From Eledone cirrhosa (taxonomy: Eukaryota): a DNA stretch of 64,000 nucleotides. This document shows, one piece after another, positions 27,886-39,664 of this stretch. Position 1 is the first letter of the stretch; each line of letters begins with the position of its first letter. The stretch spans positions 23,312,001-23,376,000 of the forward strand of contig OZ024743.1 of NCBI GenBank assembly GCA_964016885.1, written 5' to 3'. The position numbers were made by a program, and so were the translations under genes. Below the pieces are notes generated by a model, which did not search any database, was not told where the DNA came from, and worked only from the letters and a program-made list of their open reading frames with translations.

Positions 27886-28708
27886 ACCATGGTTTCATAT
27901 GGGGAAGATTTCTTATTGGAACCACAAATAATTGAAGAATTCGCCATACACTTCAGGGGAATTTAATTCTTGAAAAGCTAAGAGAAATTGACCAAGAAAT
28001 CATACATACTGTTTCATTTGCCGAGGTAACATGCTGGCATAAAAACATGCGTAACATGTAGCATTAAATGATGAAAAATCTTCTAACATATTAGGACTAT
28101 GTGATAGGATTATAAAGTCGTTAGAAATAGCAGCCAAAGACCGACTGGAAAAACTCAACAAATTAAGAAGTTGTTGAATATTAATCAAAGGTAAATTAGC
28201 CTCCCATACTTAAAAATCACCATACTCTTCAGTGCGTCTCTGAGAGATTCCTCTCATTGAGATTTTTAAGTATCATCATCATCATCACAGTTTTTCCGTT
28301 TTATTGAAGATTATGGTGAATTCTTCAATTATTGGTGGTACCAATAAGAATTCTACCCCATATGAAACCACGGTAGGAAGATGTATATATAAGTGAGTTT
28401 AGATAGAACATTTTTTCCATTTCTGTCTTGTCTGAACTTCCTGAAACCCTGAAACCCTTCTTCTAATTCATACACTAACCCTATGCTGTACATGCTTTGG
28501 TGGTTACTACTTCTATACCTGAATGAAATAAATAACAGAAATACCTATATTTATCGTTTAATACAGGTATGGCCATTGTTGTGTGGTTAAAAGGGAGACA
28601 GAGATACCATGTGGCTTTAGATTCGTTCAGGTGTCTTCTACTGTAGACTAGGGATGACCAATATCTTGTGAGTGAAATTTGGAAAAGGAATATTATTAAA
28701 TTACATAC

Positions 28709-28945
28709 TCTTTATATATGAAGTTGACAATCCAGGCATGGCTGTTTCTTTTGTTGTTATTCCTGTCATTGGTTTTGTTGTTGGTGGCACTGTCTCTGTT
28801 GTCATTCCTTTTTCCATCTTCTCTGTCTTTCTTGGTGTTGGTGTTGTTGGTGGTGCTGTAGTTGCTAGTATTGTTGTTGGTGGTGCTATTGTTGGGGCTA
28901 ATGAGGTTTCTGGGCTTTTTGTTGATACTGTATAATTAGCTTTGC
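28709..28945 (-). CDS. Mucin exon copy 2
   Basis: Same splice sites; 237 nt, matches the copy at 20029. Confidence 0.65.
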
Positions 28946-29517
28946 CTGTTTAAAAAATAACATACCTTCAGATTGTTGTTGTAGATATTGTATATAATTC
29001 TGATAGAAAACAACTATGCTAAGACCAACTAATGTCTGAGGGCTGTTAAATTTTTCATACGAGGAAGAATTCTTATTGGAACCACCAATAATTGGAGAAT
29101 CCACCATACACTTCAGGGGAATTTAATTCTTCAGAAGCTAAAAGAATTTAACCAAGAAACCATACATACTGTTCCATTTGCTGAGGTAGCATGCTGGAAT
29201 AAAAACACACATGGCGTTACATGATAAAAAATCTCCTAACATATTAGGACCATGTGACAGGCTTATAATGTTGCTACATGTAGCAACCAAAGGACCCTCT
29301 GGTCCAAGTAGACACATTAAGGTGTAGTTTAATAATGATTAAAGGTTAATTAGTCCCTAATATTTAAATATCTAAATGAGAGGAATCTCTCAGAGAAGCA
29401 ATATTATATATTAAAATTAAGTGAGAAAAAACTCTCTTTATGGGAGTACAAACAAGATAGACAAAAACATATTCTATCTAGACTTGCCTATATATAGATC
29501 TCCCTACCATGGTTTCA

Positions 29518-30028
29518 ATCCATGGCAATATGAGCAGGTCGATCTGCCGGCAAACGAGGGATGTGGCCCACGAACCGCCGTCTCCTTTTCCAGACAATGT
29601 CCCTTAACCTCTCCAATCCTGACCTCCTCATCACTTCCTCGTTGCTAACTTGGTCTCTCCATGAAATTTTAAATATGGTCCGAATGCAACGACGGTGGAA
29701 TACATCAAGCTTGTTACATACACTTTCCGTACTCTTCCATGTCTCACAGGCATATATCGCTGTTGGTACTACAATGGACATGTAAACACGGAATTTAAGG
29801 GCGTTGCCAGTGGACCTGCTCATATTGCCATGGATTGGGTACCAGAAGGTGGTAGGAGAGAATGGGGAAGACCACGAAAAACATGGCGGAGCACATTCAG
29901 GGAGGACCTGCGGAAGATTGGAATTACCTGGAGAGGTGCTAGAAGGGCCGCCAGTGACAGGATCAAGTGGAGGAAGCTCATTGCGCAATGTTCCACAAGG
30001 GACTGGAGGAACTAAGACTAAGACTAAG
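29518..30028 (+). mobile_element. 5'-inverted RTE-type LINE fragment (array copy)
   Basis: Same structure as the copy at 20839. Confidence 0.85.
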
Positions 30029-30851
30029 ACCATGGTTTCATATGGGGAAGATTTCTTATTGGAACCACAAATAATTGAAGAATTCGCCATACACTTCAGG
30101 GGAATTTAATTCTTGAAAAGCTAAGAGAAATTGACCAAGAAATCATACATACTGTTTCATTTGCCGAGGTAACATGCTGGCATAAAAACATGCGTAACAT
30201 GTAGCATTAAATGATGAAAAATCTTCTAACATATTAGGACTATGTGATAGGATTATAAAGTCGTTAGAAATAGCAGCCAAAGACCGACTGGAAAAACTCA
30301 ACAAATTAAGAAGTTGTTGAATATTAATCAAAGGTAAATTAGCCTCCCATACTTAAAAATCGCCATACTCTTCAGTGCTTCGCTGAGAGATTCCTCTCAT
30401 TGAGATTTTTAAGTATCATCATCATCATCATCACAGTTTTCCGTTTTATTGAAGAGTATGGTGAATTCTTCAATTATTGGTGGTACCAATAAGAATTCTA
30501 CCCCATATGAAACCACGGTAGGAAGATGTATATATAAGTGAGTTTAGATAGAATATTTTTTTCATTTCTGTCTTGTTTGAACTTCCTGAAACCCTGAAAC
30601 CCTTCTTCTAATTTATACACTAACCTATGCTGTACATGTTTTGGTGGTTACTATTTCTATACCTGAATGAAATAAATAACAGAAATACCTATATTTATCG
30701 TTTAATACAGTATGGCCATTGTTGTGTGGTTAAAAGGGAGACAGAGATACCATGTGGCTTTAGATTCGTTCAGGTGTCTTCTACTGTAGACTAGGGATGA
30801 CCAATATCTTGTGAGTGAAATTTGGAAAAGGAATATTATTAAATTACATAC

Positions 30852-31103
30852 TCTTTATATGTGGAGTTGACAATCCAGGTATGGCTGTTTCTTCTGTTGT
30901 TATTCCTGTCATTGGTTTTGTTGTTGGTGGCACTGTCTCTGTTGCCATTCCTTTTTCTATCTTCCCTCTCTTTGTTGGTGTTGGTGTTGGTGATGATATT
31001 GTTGTTGGTGGTGCTGTTCTTGCTAATATTTTTGTTGGTCGTGCTGTTGCTGGAGCTAATGGTGTTTCTGGGCTTTTTGTTGATACTGTATAATTAGCTT
31101 TGC
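30852..31103 (-). CDS. Mucin exon copy 1 (most divergent; adjacent to the unique upstream exon)
   Basis: 252 nt, phase 1-1: (C)KANYTVSTKSPETPLAPATARPTKILARTAPPTTISSPTPTPTKRGKIEKGMATETVPPTTKPMTGITTEETAIPGLSTPHIK. Confidence 0.75.
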
Positions 31104-31230
31104 CTGTTTAAAAAACAACATACCTTCAGATTGTTGTTGTGTTTATTGTATATAATTCTGATAGAAAATAAATTTCCTGCCAAATATGCTAAGACCAATG
31201 AATGTCTGAGGACTATTAAATTTTTCATAC

Positions 31231-31284
31231 AAAACGAATTAATATTGACTGTTAAGTTTTTAGTAAAATTTCCTTGATTGGTAC
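31231..31284 (-). CDS. Host gene internal exon (54 nt)
   Basis: Strong acceptor tttttttctttttag|GT, donor T|gtatga; phase 1-1; (C)TNQGNFTKNLTVNINSF(C). Confidence 0.7.
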
Positions 31285-31339
31285 CTAAAAAGAAAAAAAA
31301 TTCGAGACTCAGACTAGATATCTTAGTCACCTCTCTCTT

Positions 31340-31856
31340 AGTTCATCATCATCATCATCATCATTATCTTCGTTTAACGTCCATCTTCCACGCTAAAATG
31401 GGTTAGACGGGAGTTGTCCCAATTGAGGCAAGGTTAGTCAGGTGACCATGTCTCGCTCATATAGGACTATCTGGCAGGTTTTCTATGGCTGGATGCCCTT
31501 CCTAACACCAACCACATTTACAGTGTGGAACTGGGAACTTTTTACCGTGTTACCTACATGGCCACATTACAGCATGGACTGTGTGTATTTTTGTTGTGAC
31601 ACCTACACGATCTCGATCTCGATCTCATTATCTCATTTATTTGGACTAGATGTTGTGGTACCAACTTTGCAGAGTGAGGGTGGTGTTAGTGGGAGTGGGA
31701 GGATGGAGTAGGGGTAGTGGGTTGGGGTGTATATTTGGTTAAGAGGTGCCTACTGACTGTAGGTTTCGCTTTGTACATAGGCAAGGCGGGTCTTCTGTAT
31801 TACTGCGTAGCGCCAAAGATCTCGGTCCAGTGACATTGTCTTAGAGAGGTGCAAGT
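31340..31856 (-). mobile_element. 3' end/UTR fragment of the same LINE family as 14535-16018
   Basis: Reverse complement of ~15560-16018, including the (GAT)n tail (catcatcat at 31344-31365). Confidence 0.85.
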
Positions 31857-33920
31857 TGTAAATTCAAACTATTCCTGTTTTTCTTTTCATCTCAACAAGT
31901 GAATAAAACAAATATTAATATGGTGAGATATGTTAAATCATTAAGAACCCATTCCTTAAGAAGATTGTTCTTATTCTTCGGTAATATATCAGCATTTATA
32001 AATAATTATGTAAAATTATCAGATCAATAGATATTAGGCATTGAATAAAACATTGTGAATCTCATACTTACTGCCATACATTTTCACCTTGTTTTTAACG
32101 AGGTTCACAATACCTCACTCTATGCTAGTTATTTGGGTTTTTGATGGAAAGACTGACAAAAGTGAACAGAGAAAACAAAATCATCTGTTTGTCTAACATA
32201 GAATAGTTTATTTCATCAATATTAGATTGAAACTGCCTTCAAATCTTTGTGTAAATCTCAAAGGTAACAATAAGTGAATCATGATTAATTGATAAAGGAA
32301 TCAAAATTAGAAACTACAGAATGGGTGTGTTTGGGGTGTTTTGTAAGAAAGAGAAACAGATAGGCTAATGACATGGAGGTGGATTTAGAGAAAGTAAGAG
32401 AAGTAACATGATAAGCTGTCAGTCAGATGACTTGGAGGCAGCAGGAGTGGCCAAAATTGGCCTCAGCCAAAGTTTGCAGTCGAATAAGAGAGCGAGCTGG
32501 CGGCACCTGCTTTTATTCCAGAAAAAAACTTCCCGCTGGTGCTAGTCACTGGCGCTGGAATTAATGAATATTAATATGCCAATGCATGCAATATGAAATT
32601 AGCCATAGATTCGTACAATATAAATTTGGATAATTTACGATGTTGCAACACAATAAATTTATAAGAAAAAGAAAAAAGAAGAAAATAGTAACCTAGAAAA
32701 TGTATGATGATATACACCAAGCCTTCCCAAAGAGAAGGTCTCGAGTGAAATTATGATTTTTTTAATGTTATATTCTATTGTTGGTTATTTGCTGGTTATT
32801 GAAAGTTCTCCCCAAAAAATGATACTTCGTGATTGCAGACCTGGGAGATTCCCCGTCAAACCGGGAGATCACTTTTTGGGTGGGTGAGAGATGTCTTCTC
32901 TTGTGAAAATGGGTACATCTTTCATTTTGTAAAGTCTCCCCATTTTGCCACATTTCTCCCTGTTTTGGAGCACTTTTTCTCATGGTAATCCCCGTTTAGG
33001 TTTTTAGAGGTTGGCAGGTCTGTGAGTGTACATTTAAGAACAAATCCACAGGTTTGATATTTAATAATAACTGTGCCAAAAACTTCAAATGACACAACTA
33101 AGAACGGTTATGGTCGATAAATTTATTTCTCAATTTAAAAAGTGTGGAAAGACCTGATCTACACCAGCAACACATAAATAGATAAAATACATAAAATAAG
33201 ATACATTCATGTGCCATGGGGAAAAATGTGTTGAGACCTGTTAAGAGAGGTTTTCCAGTGCTCCTCGCAATATCGTTATCTTTTGTTCTGGCAGCGGTTC
33301 TAGATGTATGTATTACCCGCTTGTATGGTTTTTTTTCCTTTACCTTTTCTTATTTTCCTTTTTATTTGTAATATTATGATGACGGTTATGTTGACAAAAT
33401 AAATGACATGGTGTATAAATAAAATGTATGTTGGGAGGATGAGAATAAAGTTGAGAAATATCTCTTCAAAGGCCCCATACAGGGTAACAGAACTAACTTC
33501 CTTCCACTGCACATGAGCTTACCTTATTGTACAAATTTTATTTACAAATATATAGAAGCATGCAATGAATAGTTAGGGTTGTGGTATACATTAGTAGCAT
33601 TAGCTGATCATGAAGAGCATTATATTCTGAGTGTGTGGATGACATACAGGAATTTACTATATTTGTTTTGTTGCTTTTGTTGTTAATGTTGTTGTTTTGC
33701 ACAGATTATCTCCAACTGAACAGACTTATCAGTCCAACTTTTTTTCAGATATAGTGTATTTAAGACTACATTATCCAATGTGTTTTTCCCTTTCTTGAAA
33801 GGCAGGTGAAGTATGATTTGAAGGAGATTTGGCTACTATTTCTAGCAGGTTGAGTAACCACATTCAGGTTCTTTTTGGGGGATAAAGATTAAGCCAATGG
33901 ATATAGATAAATTTTCTTAC

Positions 33921-34019
33921 ATAATTGTAATATTCCGCTTTCAGGTAATTGTAAATTACAGCTAGCAAAAGTATCATTATACAGGCTTATGTCTTCGGTG
34001 CCCCTACATCGGTGTGGCA
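33921..34019 (-). CDS. Host gene internal exon (99 nt)
   Basis: Acceptor ttcttgtttcag|TG, donor T|gtaaga; phase 1-1; (V)PHRCRGTEDISLYNDTFASCNLQLPESGILQL(C). Confidence 0.75.
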
Positions 34020-34112
34020 CTGAAACAAGAATTACAAGTTATATGTATAAAAACACTCATATATCATCATTAGTTGCAACAGCAACCAACACTAATATTA
34101 ACAAAGGTAGAA

Positions 34113-34790
34113 AGTGGTGGTGATGGTGGTGGCGGTGGTGGTGGCGGTGGCAGTGGCAGTGCTGGTGGTGGTGGTGGTGATGGCAGGGCTGGTGGTGGTA
34201 GTGGTGGCAGTGGCAGTGCTGGTGGTGGTGGTGGCAGGGCTGGTTTTGGTAGTGGTGGTGGTGTGTGCTGGTGGTGGTGGCGGCAGTGGCAGTGCTGGTG
34301 GTGGTGGTGCTGGTGGTGCTGGTGCTGGTAGTGGTGGTGGTAGTGGCAGTGCTGGTGGTGGTGGTGGTGGTGGTGGTGATGGCAGTGGTGGTGGTGATGG
34401 CAGGGCTGGTAGTGGTGGTGGTGGTGGTGGTGATGGCAGTGGCAGTGGTGGTGGTGGTGGTGATGGCAGTGCTGGTGGTGGCAGTGGTTGTGGTGGTGGT
34501 GGTGGTGGTGGTGCTGGTGGTGGTGGTGGTGGTGGTGGTGGTGGTGGTGGTGGTGGTGGTGGTGGTGGTGGTGGTGGTGGTGATGGCAGTGCTGGTGGTG
34601 GTGGTGGCAGGGCTGGTGGTGGTGGTGGCGGCGGTGGCAGTGCTGGTGGTGGTGGCGGCAGTGGCAGTGCTGGTGGTGGTGGTGGCAGTGGCAGTGCTAG
34701 TGGTGGTGGTGGTGGTGGCGGTGGTGGCAGTGCTGGTGGTGGTGGTGGTGGCGGCAGTGACAGTGCTGGTGGTGTTGGTTGTGATGATGG
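34113..34790. repeat. Degenerate (GGT)n/GGCAGT microsatellite in an intron
   Basis: Direct inspection. Confidence 0.95.
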
Positions 34791-35148
34791 TAAGAATGAT
34801 AATGATGTGGAGAACATCGTGGTTGAAGTGGGTGGTGATGATGACAAAGATGATGATTTTAGTAATGGTGGTGATGGTAATGATGAGGAAATGTAGGAGG
34901 AGATAAGGATGATGATAGAAAGGTGGAAAACAAAAAGGAGAATGACGATGGCCATAGGGATGATGACGATGATGGTGTTGGTAGCAATTGCTGTGATATC
35001 AGTAGTGATGATGATGATGTGTGATGTGCTTAAAAACGGTCAACCTTTCGGACATTTAAAGTAACTATAGAAACTTATATAATTGCCTATGAATTACTTT
35101 TGGAATAAAGTTTGGTATCACAATGTTTGTTTGTTTATATATAGATAT

Positions 35149-37773
35149 ATGCTAGCAGGGGATTTCAATCGTCATGTCGGACAGGATGGTTACACTGGGG
35201 TACATAGTGGCCACAGTTACAGCTCAAGATATGAAGGAGTGAGGCTTCTTGAATTTTGTGATGCAAGTGCACTAACCATTTGCAACACTAACTTCCAGAA
35301 ACCTGCCAACCACCTAATAACCTACAAATCAGGTGAGCACATAAGCCAGATTGACTTCCTGTTAGTTAGGCAGCAAGATAGACAGATGGTGTCAAATACC
35401 AAGACATACCCCATGGAAGAATGTACCCCCACAGCATAGGTTAGTCGTTAGTGATATCTCACTAAGGTAGAGACAGAATGAGACATACAGGAAGGTGTGG
35501 AAAAGAAAGGTTTGGAAGCTAAAATACCTTTCACTAAAATATTAAGGTGTGTATGACAAAAAAGAAGATGATTTAAAGTCGTATGACATAAATGATAATG
35601 GGAATTTCTTAACTGACAACTTACTGCAGGCTACTGAAGAAACTTGTGGCTGGAGCAGAGCTCCAACCAGACAGAGAGTGACCTGGTGGTGGAACAGCAC
35701 GGTAGATAGGGCCATTAGAGACAAAAGACTAGCATGGAATGCTTGGAAAAATGGTGGGAGTAGAGAAGGATATACAGCCGCTAAGAGAGAAGCTAGACGT
35801 CAGGTGTACTTAGCACGCAGGGAGGCTGAGAGTAGGAGGTTTGCCAATGTTCTGCGACGGGAAGATCAGAGATGTGCAATGTTCCGCATTGCAAAGCAGT
35901 GTGTCAGTGCAAATCAGAACGTTGTTGGAGATAAGTGTGTCCGGAATGATGTTGGTGTACTTAGTGTCATGAATGATCAGAAAAAGGAGGCCTGGAAATG
36001 ACATTATGATGAATGCGGAGAACGAATGGGAGAGAGAGAAATTACCCCCAGTAGATCCGACAGAGGGACCAGCTATTGAGATTGACGACAAATATAGGAT
36101 CCAAGAGGCGATTAAGGAAATGAAAAATGGTAAAGCCGCTGGACCTTCGAGGATAGTTGCTGAGATGCTGAAGGCATCAGGGGACGTGGGAACTAAACTG
36201 GTTGCACGCATCATCAATCAGGCTATATATGGCGGTATCATACCCAAAGACTGGTGCAGCAGTATTCTCATAAATTACTACAAAGGTAAAGGGGATGCTC
36301 TGGAGAGGAGCAATTATAGGGGCATGAAACTGATGGATCAGGTTATGAAAGTGGCAGAAAGGATATTAGCGCAACTAATTAGAGAAAGGGTCAAACTAGA
36401 TGAGATGCAGTTTGGGAAAAGTACAACAGATGCCCTCTTCTTAGTAAGACAACTACAAGAGAGGTTCTTAGAGAAGAATAAGCCACTATACGTAGCCTTT
36501 GTTGACCTAGAGAAGGCCTTTGATAGGGTACCCCGATCTGTCATCTGGTGGTCCCTAAGGAAACTAGGTGTTGAGGAATGGCTTGTGAGGTCAGTGCAAG
36601 CTTTGTACAGAGGTGCTGTCAGTAAAGTCAGGGTAGAAATGGAGTTTAATGAGGAATTCCAGATACAAGTAGGAGTACATGAGGGTTCGCTCCTCAGCCC
36701 GCTCTTGTTCATTATAGTCCTCCAAGCCATAACAGAGGAGTTTAAGACTGGTTGTCCATGGGAACTTCTCTATGCTGACCATCTGGTTCTTACAGCAGAA
36801 TCAGTAGAGGAGCTAGAGAATAAATTCTGGCTATGGAAACAGCAGTTGGAATTAAGAGGACTGAGAGCTAAGACAAAAGTGTTGATGAGTAGAAAAGAGG
36901 ACAAAACTCTGATTCCATCAGGGAAATGGCCATGTTCGATATGCAGAAAAGGAACTGGCATAAATTCTATAAAATGTACACAATGCAGATCTTGGGTACA
37001 CAAGAGATGTAGTGGGATAGCAGGCAAACTAGCAGGTAGGTAAAAATACGTATGCAGTAGATGTACAAGGAAATTTGACAGTTGAAATCACATTGATAGA
37101 CACATTTTACAAATGCAGGTGGGTTCTATAGAAGTGGTTGATAGCATCTGGTACCTAGGTGATCAGATTAGCATGGGAGGGGGTGTTCCGAGGCCATAGT
37201 ATCTAGAATAAGGATGGGTTGGAAGAAGTTTTGGGAGCAGCTTTCTCTGCTGACGAAGAAGGGTTTCTCCCTGCATACAAAAGGCTGGTTATATGATGCC
37301 TGTGTGAGGTGCGCGATATTGCATGGTAGTGAAACATGGGAAGTAACTGCAGAGGATATGCGACGGCTGGAGAGAAATGAGGCAAGCATGCTCCGTTGGA
37401 TGTGCAATATCAATGTGCGTGAACGACCCAGCATGAATGTGTTGAGAGAGAAACTGTGTCTGAGAGGGATAGAATGTAGTGTGCGGGAGATAAGACTGCG
37501 ATGGTATGGACATGTGATGCGCATGGAGGATGACTGCTGGGTAAAGAAGTGCCAAGAAATGCCATTTGAAGGAAGACGTAGTCGAGGAAGACCACGAAAA
37601 ACATGGGCGGAGGTGGTGAGAGTAGACCTCAGATCGCTGAAGCTGATGGTGGAGATGACGAAGGACCATGATAAGTGGAGAGATGCTGTGCTGAATAGGA
37701 CATATCCCACCCTTGCAAACAGAGAAAAGCGGACGTAAAATGATGATGATGATGATGATGATGTTTATGATGA
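35149..37773 (+). mobile_element. Degenerate RTE-group LINE (APE endonuclease remnant, RT, PHD-like finger); same family as 12407
   Basis: AGDFN..IDFLLV endonuclease motifs; RT nearly identical to 12886-13497 (YADH in place of YADD); frameshifts; (GAT)n tail. Confidence 0.93.
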
Positions 37774-38165
37774 TATATATCTATATATATGTCCTGAATG
37801 AGCAAGACATGATCAGCTGACCTAGCATTGCCCACAACAGGACAACTCGTCTAACCCATGCTTGCATAGAAAATGGACATAAAACAGTGATGATGATGAT
37901 GATATATATATATATATATATAAACAAACAAACAAACATATATATATATACATAAGTTTATCCAGGGTTGAATCAGGGGTAACCACAGTAAGTAAGGTAC
38001 TCAATACATGGCAGAGTATAAATATTTAATATAGAAATGGCTTCTACAGAACTGTTTCATTCAGCAGAAATCATCGGGGCTTCCTGATGATTTCTCCTGA
38101 ATGAAACAGTTCTAGTCATGTAGAAGTCATTTCTATATTAGATATATATATATATATATATATAT

Positions 38166-38243
<78 letters not shown>

Positions 38244-38484
38244 ATGCTTTGGGAGGGTCATGTTGCCAATAAGAAACACACGCACCAGTTGCTTTCACTC
38301 CAATCTATATATATAAAAATGAATGTATGTTTGTTTGTTTGTATGGAAGGGAAATAACTCTTTATTTATCTGTATATATATATATATATATATATATGTA
38401 GGAGGTGAGTTTTATTGTAGTACAATAAAGCAATGCAGATATCGGATAAGAAGCACTCTACAGTTTGTGGGACTGGAGTATGCA

Positions 38485-38809
38485 TAATATAAGATCAAAA
38501 GATGGTCAAAGGAGCTCCATATATTCCATTATGCGCACCTCAAAAACAAACATCATCAAGCAATAATATCTGTGCTTTCATCAGACAAAACAGGAGAACA
38601 TGATATGAAGGCCAAAAAAAAAAACACTTGTTGATAGTGCAGTTATATGTTGATTTAAAACTGCACTATCAACAAGTGTTTTTTTTTGGCCTTCATATCA
38701 TGTTCTCCTGTTTTGTCTGATGAAAGCACAGATATTATTGCTTGATGATGTTTGTTTTTGAGGTGCGCATAATGGAATATATGGAGCTCCTTTGACCATC
38801 TTTTGATCT

Positions 38810-38818
<9 letters not shown>
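38485..38818. repeat. Long fold-back palindrome (~160-bp arms) with degenerate hammerhead motifs
   Basis: Near-perfect inverted arms around ~38650; core CTGATGA...GAGG-T-GCGC-ATA. Confidence 0.85.
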
Positions 38819-38865
<47 letters not shown>

Positions 38866-39618
38866 GAATAATCGAGAATCGGAATATCAGCCCACGAAAT
38901 CACAATATCCGACATGTGTGGCAGAGGGCTCAATAATTTGGCTAAATCAGAGCTATAACAATCGTTAAAATACCAACACATAGAGATCATGCCTAAAATC
39001 ACCCGTGCAGCCGAAAAAGAACGACCAGGAAGATTCGGGTCACTCAAATAAAATATCAATAAATTAATAAATTAAATGAATGTAAAAAACTCATATATAA
39101 GACATTGAAAAACAATGAAAAATTAAACAAATAACATGTTCTTCATATTAATCTATTGTACTTAAATTTGCTGTCCATTGGTCTGACCTAATTATCTTTC
39201 TCTACTGTAACCACCATACCATCCTTTTCCACAATTGTTTTACTGTTTTCTCATTCTACACTGATGATAGAGGACTGAAGGAGGTAGGTTTGCATTTATC
39301 TCAGTATAATTTATAAAATATAGTATATATGTATGTGTATGTATATATGTGTATATGTATATATATATATATATGTATATGTGTATATATGTATATGTAG
39401 ATATTTTTTTTTTTATGAAGATGCATAAATCAATATTAATATGAATAACATGTACTTTGTTTAATTTTTCATTGTTTTTCAATGTCTTATTTTGACTCTG
39501 TTTTCCTATTGTTTTGCATCATTAATTAACTACATGAATTGTTTATGATCTCTCCACACTCGGATTGCATTGAGTTCTCTATACGGATCCGACACTACCG
39601 TTTTCTCCGGTAGATTAA

Positions 39619-39664
<46 letters not shown>

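Larger units (their letters stand above)
16720..31230. repeat. Tandem array of ~2.14-2.21-kb units (about 6.5 full units plus an internally deleted unit), each carrying a mucin exon
   Basis: Identical ORFs recur at 17782, 19992, 22135, 24298, 26461, 28672 and 30815 (spacings 2210, 2143, 2163, 2163, 2211, 2143); partial unit at 16935. Confidence 0.97.

Noticed and set aside
32072-32152. Candidate exon with a gtaagt donor
   Set aside because: Stops in all frames from the best acceptor; only a weak alternative acceptor
34074-34955. Long Gly-, Pro- and Val-rich ORFs
   Set aside because: They arise from a GGT microsatellite that is open in several frames; no convincing splice sites link it to the gene model
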